This document shows, piece by piece, positions 59,985 through 64,000 of a stretch of DNA of 64,000 nt; the first letter of the stretch is position 1; every line of letters starts with the position of its first letter. A program made the translations under genes and the position numbers. The notes under the pieces were generated by a model. It did not search any database, had not been told where the DNA came from, and worked only from the letters and a program-made list of their open reading frames with translations. Origin of the DNA: the human T2T-CHM13v2.0 reference genome, Homo sapiens; NCBI RefSeq assembly GCF_009914755.1, contig NC_060925.1, one strand, 5' to 3'.

Positions 59985-62099
59985 ATGGGGGATATGAAGA
60001 CCCCTGATTTTGATGACCTCCTTGCTGCCTTTGACATCCCTGACATTGATGCGAATGAAGCCATCCATTCTGGGCCAGAAGAAAATGAGGGGCCTGGAGG
60101 CCCAGGGAAGCCAGAACCAGGTGTAGGAAGTGAATCTGAAGACACAGCAGCAGCCTCTGCTGGGGATGGCCCTGGAGTTCCAGCCCAGGCCTCTGACCAT
60201 GGCCTGCCACCGCCAGACATTTCTGTAGTCAGTGTCATTGTCAAGAACACTGTGTGTCCCGAGCAGTCTGAGGCCCTGGCTGGAGGCTCAGCAGGAGACG
60301 GGGCCCAGGCTGCTGGGGTAACTAAAGAAGGGCCTGTGGGGCCTCATCGAATGCAGAATGGTTTTGGGAGCCCTGAACCTTCCCTCCCAGGAACTCCCCA
60401 CTCTCCTGCTCCTCCCAGTGGGGGCACCTGGAAAGAAAAAGGCATGGAAGGCAAAACTCCCTTGGACCTGTTTGCTCATTTTGGCCCTGAGCCAGGGGAC
60501 CACTCAGATCCGCTGCCTCCCTCTGCACCCTCTCCCACTCGGGAGGGGGCTCTGACCCCGCCTCCTTTCCCCTCTTCCTTTGAGCTGGCCCAGGAGAATG
60601 GCCCAGGCATGCAGCCACCTGTTTCTTCCCCACCATTGGGGGCCTTGAAGCAGGAGAGCTGCAGCCCCCATCATCCCCAGGTCCTAGCCCAACAAGGCTC
60701 AGGCTCCAGCCCTAAGGCCACGGACATCCCTGCCAGTGCCTCGCCTCCCCCAGTTGCTGGGGTGCCCTTCTTCAAGCAGTCTCCAGGGCACCAGAGCCCT
60801 CTTGCCTCCCCCAAAGTGCCCGTCTGTCAGCCCTTGAAGGAAGAAGATGATGATGAGGGGCCAGTGGACAAGTCTTCCCCAGGAAGTCCCCAGAGTCCCT
60901 CTAGTGGGGCCGAGGCTGCAGATGAGGACAGCAATGACTCCCCTGCCTCCAGCTCCTCTAGGCCTCTTAAGGTGCGGATCAAGACCATTAAAACATCCTG
61001 CGGGAATATCACAAGGACTGTAACTCAGGTCCCCTCAGATCCTGATCCACCTGCCCCCTTGGCTGAGGGGGCCTTCTTGGCTGAGGCTAGCCTCTTGAAG
61101 CTGTCCCCTGCAACACCTACTTCTGAGGGTCCAAAGGTGGTGAGCGTACAGTTGGGTGATGGTACAAGGCTGAAAGGCACTGTGCTGCCTGTGGCCACCA
61201 TCCAGAACGCCAGTACTGCCATGCTGATGGCAGCCAGTGTGGCTCGCAAGGCTGTGGTGCTGCCTGGGGGGACTGCCACCAGCCCTAAGATGATTGCTAA
61301 GAACGTGCTAGGCCTGGTGCCCCAAGCCCTGCCTAAGGCTGACGGGCGGGCAGGGCTGGGGACTGGGGGACAGAAGGTGAATGGTGCCTCGGTGGTGATG
61401 GTGCAACCTTCAAAGACAGCTACTGGGCCAAGTACAGGGGGCGGCACAGTGATATCACGGACCCAGTCCAGCCTGGTGGAGGCCTTCAACAAGATCCTCA
61501 ACAGCAAGAACCTGCTCCCTGCCTATAGGCCAAACCTGAGCCCACCAGCTGAGGCTGGGCTGGCCCTGCCTCCCACCGGCTACCGCTGCCTGGAGTGTGG
61601 GGATGCCTTCTCATTGGAGAAGAGCCTGGCACGGCACTATGACCGTCGGAGCATGCGCATCGAGGTCACCTGCAACCACTGCGCCCGCCGCCTGGTCTTC
61701 TTCAACAAGTGCAGCCTGCTCCTGCATGCACGTGAACACAAGGACAAGGGGCTCGTCATGCAGTGCTCACATTTGGTCATGAGGCCTGTAGCCCTTGACC
61801 AGATGGTGGGGCAGCCGGACATCACACCGCTGCTGCCTGTAGCTGTCCCACCTGTCTCTGGACCTCTGGCCTTGCCTGCCTTGGGCAAGGGTGAGGGGGC
61901 CATCACCTCCTCTGCCATTACTACAGTTGCTGCTGAGGCCCCTGTCCTGCCGCTCTCCACAGAGCCGCCTGCTGCCCCGGCCACCTCTGCTTACACATGC
62001 TTTCGCTGCCTGGAGTGCAAGGAACAGTGCCGGGACAAGGCTGGCATGGCAGCTCACTTCCAGCAGCTCGGCCCCCCTGCCCCTGGGGCCACCAGCAAT
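59985..62099 (+). CDS. ZNF687: ZNF687 large first coding exon (acceptor at 59968; 705 codons)
   Basis: catcag|GTCTGGGATCTGCCGATATG ... AAT|gtgagt. Confidence 0.95.
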
Positions 62100-63927
62100 G
62101 TGAGTCACCTTTCACAGCCCTTCTGTGGGGACAGGATCTAGGAAGGCGTTGGGGGCTTGGTTAGAAGTAATGGAGACAGGACACTCCTCACCGACTTTCC
62201 TTGTTTAACCCACTCGACAGGTGTGCCCAACCTGCCCCATGATGCTCCCCAATCGCTGCAGCTTCAGCGCCCACCAGCGCATGCATAAGAATCGACCCCC
62301 CCATGTCTGTCCTGAGTGTGGGGGCAACTTCCTGCAAGCCAATTTTCAGACCCATCTCCGGGAGGCCTGTCTGCACGTCTCTCGCCGTGTAGGATACAGG
62401 TGCCTCGGACCCTTCCTCCATAGAACTGTAGGGTTTCGTGTGTCCTAGCCTCAGCCTCAGATGGCCTTTCAAGATCCCCTATCTTCCCTGCTATATCCCT
62501 CAGCCCTGTTGTTTTGCCAGACTCAACCCTGAGATAGTACGTCCTGCCTTCCCGTCGTCCCCCATGGAGATGGGGGGAAGCAGGGCCACCTCTGGAGCTC
62601 CAGCTCTCCCTTGGCAGCCTCCCTTGGGGCACAGCCTCTGCACCTCTCTCCTTTCTCCACCCTGCTCATGCTCCACTACTGATTTCCTTCTTGTAGTCTA
62701 CCCAGTCCCAGAGAATAAATGTATGGTCCCGGGGTGGGCATGGAGATGCCTCCCACCTCACCACAGGGCCTCCTGCTTCCTCCCTAGGTGCCCCAGCTGT
62801 TCAGTGGTGTTTGGGGGTGTGAACTCCATCAAGTCCCACATCCAGACGTCGCACTGCGAGGTTTTCCACAAGTGCCCCATCTGCCCCATGGCCTTCAAGT
62901 CTGGGCCAAGTGCCCATGCCCACCTCTACTCCCAGCATCCCAGCTTCCAAACTCAGCAGGCCAAGTGAGGCCCGGGGGAGGGCCGGGCTGGGCCAGGGAG
63001 GGCTGGTGGGGCGCAGGAGGGGAGGGGCTGCACCCAACCCTGCCTGATGTCTGCACTGTCCTCACTTCAGGCTGATCTACAAGTGCGCCATGTGCGACAC
63101 AGTCTTCACTCACAAACCCCTCCTCTCCTCACACTTCGACCAGCACTTGCTGCCCCAGCGTGTCAGTGTCTTTAAGTGCCCGTCTTGTCCTCTGCTCTTT
63201 GCCCAAAAAAGGACCATGCTGGAACATCTCAAGGTACAGGAGCAGAGGGATGGGGAATGGGTGCTTAGCTGTACTGACCTGGGGCTGGGGCCACATACTT
63301 CAGAAGTGGGGGGCTTTGGCATAGCCAGGCCCTCCCCCACAACAGCAACCTCCCTTGTCTCCTCTCACAGAACACCCATCAGTCTGGGCGCTTGGAGGAG
63401 ACTGCTGGGAAAGGGGCCGGGGGTGCCCTGCTGACCCCCAAGACTGAGCCTGAGGAGCTGGCTGTTTCTCAGGGAGGGGCAGCCCCTGCTACTGAGGAGT
63501 CGTCTTCATCTTCAGAAGAGGAGGAAGTACCCAGCTCCCCTGAGCCCCCCCGTCCAGCCAAACGGCCTCGGCGGGAACTAGGGAGCAAAGGCCTCAAGGG
63601 TGGGGGTGGGGGGCCTGGAGGCTGGACCTGTGGCCTGTGTCACTCCTGGTTCCCTGAGCGTGATGAATACGTGGCCCACATGAAGAAGGAGCATGGCAAG
63701 GTGAGTGGGCCCCAAGGGGAGTACCATGGGCTGGGGGCAGCATTGGGACTGCCAGTGTGACAGTGGGGACGGGGTCCTGGAGCCTGGCTCTGACATCTAC
63801 CCCTGCTCTCCTAGTCAGTGAAAAAGTTCCCCTGTCGCCTGTGTGAGCGCTCCTTCTGCTCCGCCCCCAGCCTGAGGCGCCATGTCAGAGTTAATCACGA
63901 GGGCATCAAGCGAGTTTACCCCTGCAG
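59985..63927 (+). CDS. ZNF687: Zinc finger protein 687 (ZNF532/ZNF592 family C2H2 protein), 3'-truncated by the window
   Basis: join(59985..62099,62221..62399,62788..62964,63071..63233,63371..63700,63815..63927). Family N-terminus [30 protein letters not shown] motif, multiple C2H2 fingers; phases consistent. Confidence 0.96.
62221..62399 (+). CDS. ZNF687: ZNF687 coding exon (VCPTCPMM...HVCPECGG...)
   Basis: gacag|GTG ... AG|gtgcct; 179 nt. Confidence 0.92.
62788..62964 (+). CDS. ZNF687: ZNF687 coding exon (CPSCSVVF...CPICPMAF)
   Basis: cctag|G ... AA|gtgagg; 177 nt. Confidence 0.92.
63071..63233 (+). CDS. ZNF687: ZNF687 coding exon ([12 protein letters not shown]...MLEHLK)
   Basis: ttcag|G ... 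AAG|gtacag; 163 nt. Confidence 0.92.
63371..63700 (+). CDS. ZNF687: ZNF687 coding exon with NLS-like PAKRPRR
   Basis: cacag|AAC ... AAG|gtgagt; 330 nt. Confidence 0.92.
63815..63927 (+). CDS. ZNF687: ZNF687 coding exon ([14 protein letters not shown]...VYPC)
   Basis: cctag|TCA ... AG|gtaagt; 113 nt. Confidence 0.92.
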
Positions 63928-64000
63928 GTAAGTCTTGCTCCCCGCTTCCTCTTCCTGCCCAGCACGTGACTCTCCCTGTATGCCAAAGTACCTGTGCACC

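Noticed and set aside
59828-63796. Antisense ORFs over ZNF687 exons (e.g. 61025..61507)
   Set aside because: Shadow frames of GC-rich coding sequence.

Overview
Primate (very likely human, chr1q21.3) genomic DNA, extremely Alu-rich, with three + strand intron-containing genes in tandem. They are the 3' 13 exons of PIP5K1A (coding 1028-21579, polyA signal 23219), the complete PSMD4/Rpn10/S5a gene (ATG 28506, stop 41059, 10 exons, 377 aa) and the CpG-island promoter and first six coding exons of ZNF687 (ATG 59985, running off the window end). Exon boundaries were read manually from GT/AG sites and all phases are consistent. Most short ORFs in the supplied track are Alu-derived noise. The best unexplained structure is an 840-bp L1-type retro-insertion (46381-47220) flanked by a perfect 15-bp target-site duplication. 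It appears to be a retrocopy of a polyadenylated non-coding RNA initiated in an LTR12/ERV9 promoter. Other highlights are the in-frame PIP5K1A-to-PSMD4 read-through junction (source of the PIPSL retrogene), an Alu-bracketed 724-nt circRNA block, a candidate 33-nt microexon in the PIP5K1A activation loop, and a near-complete MLT1 (MaLR) provirus in a PIP5K1A intron. Repeat family names come from memory of consensus sequences and need RepeatMasker confirmation.
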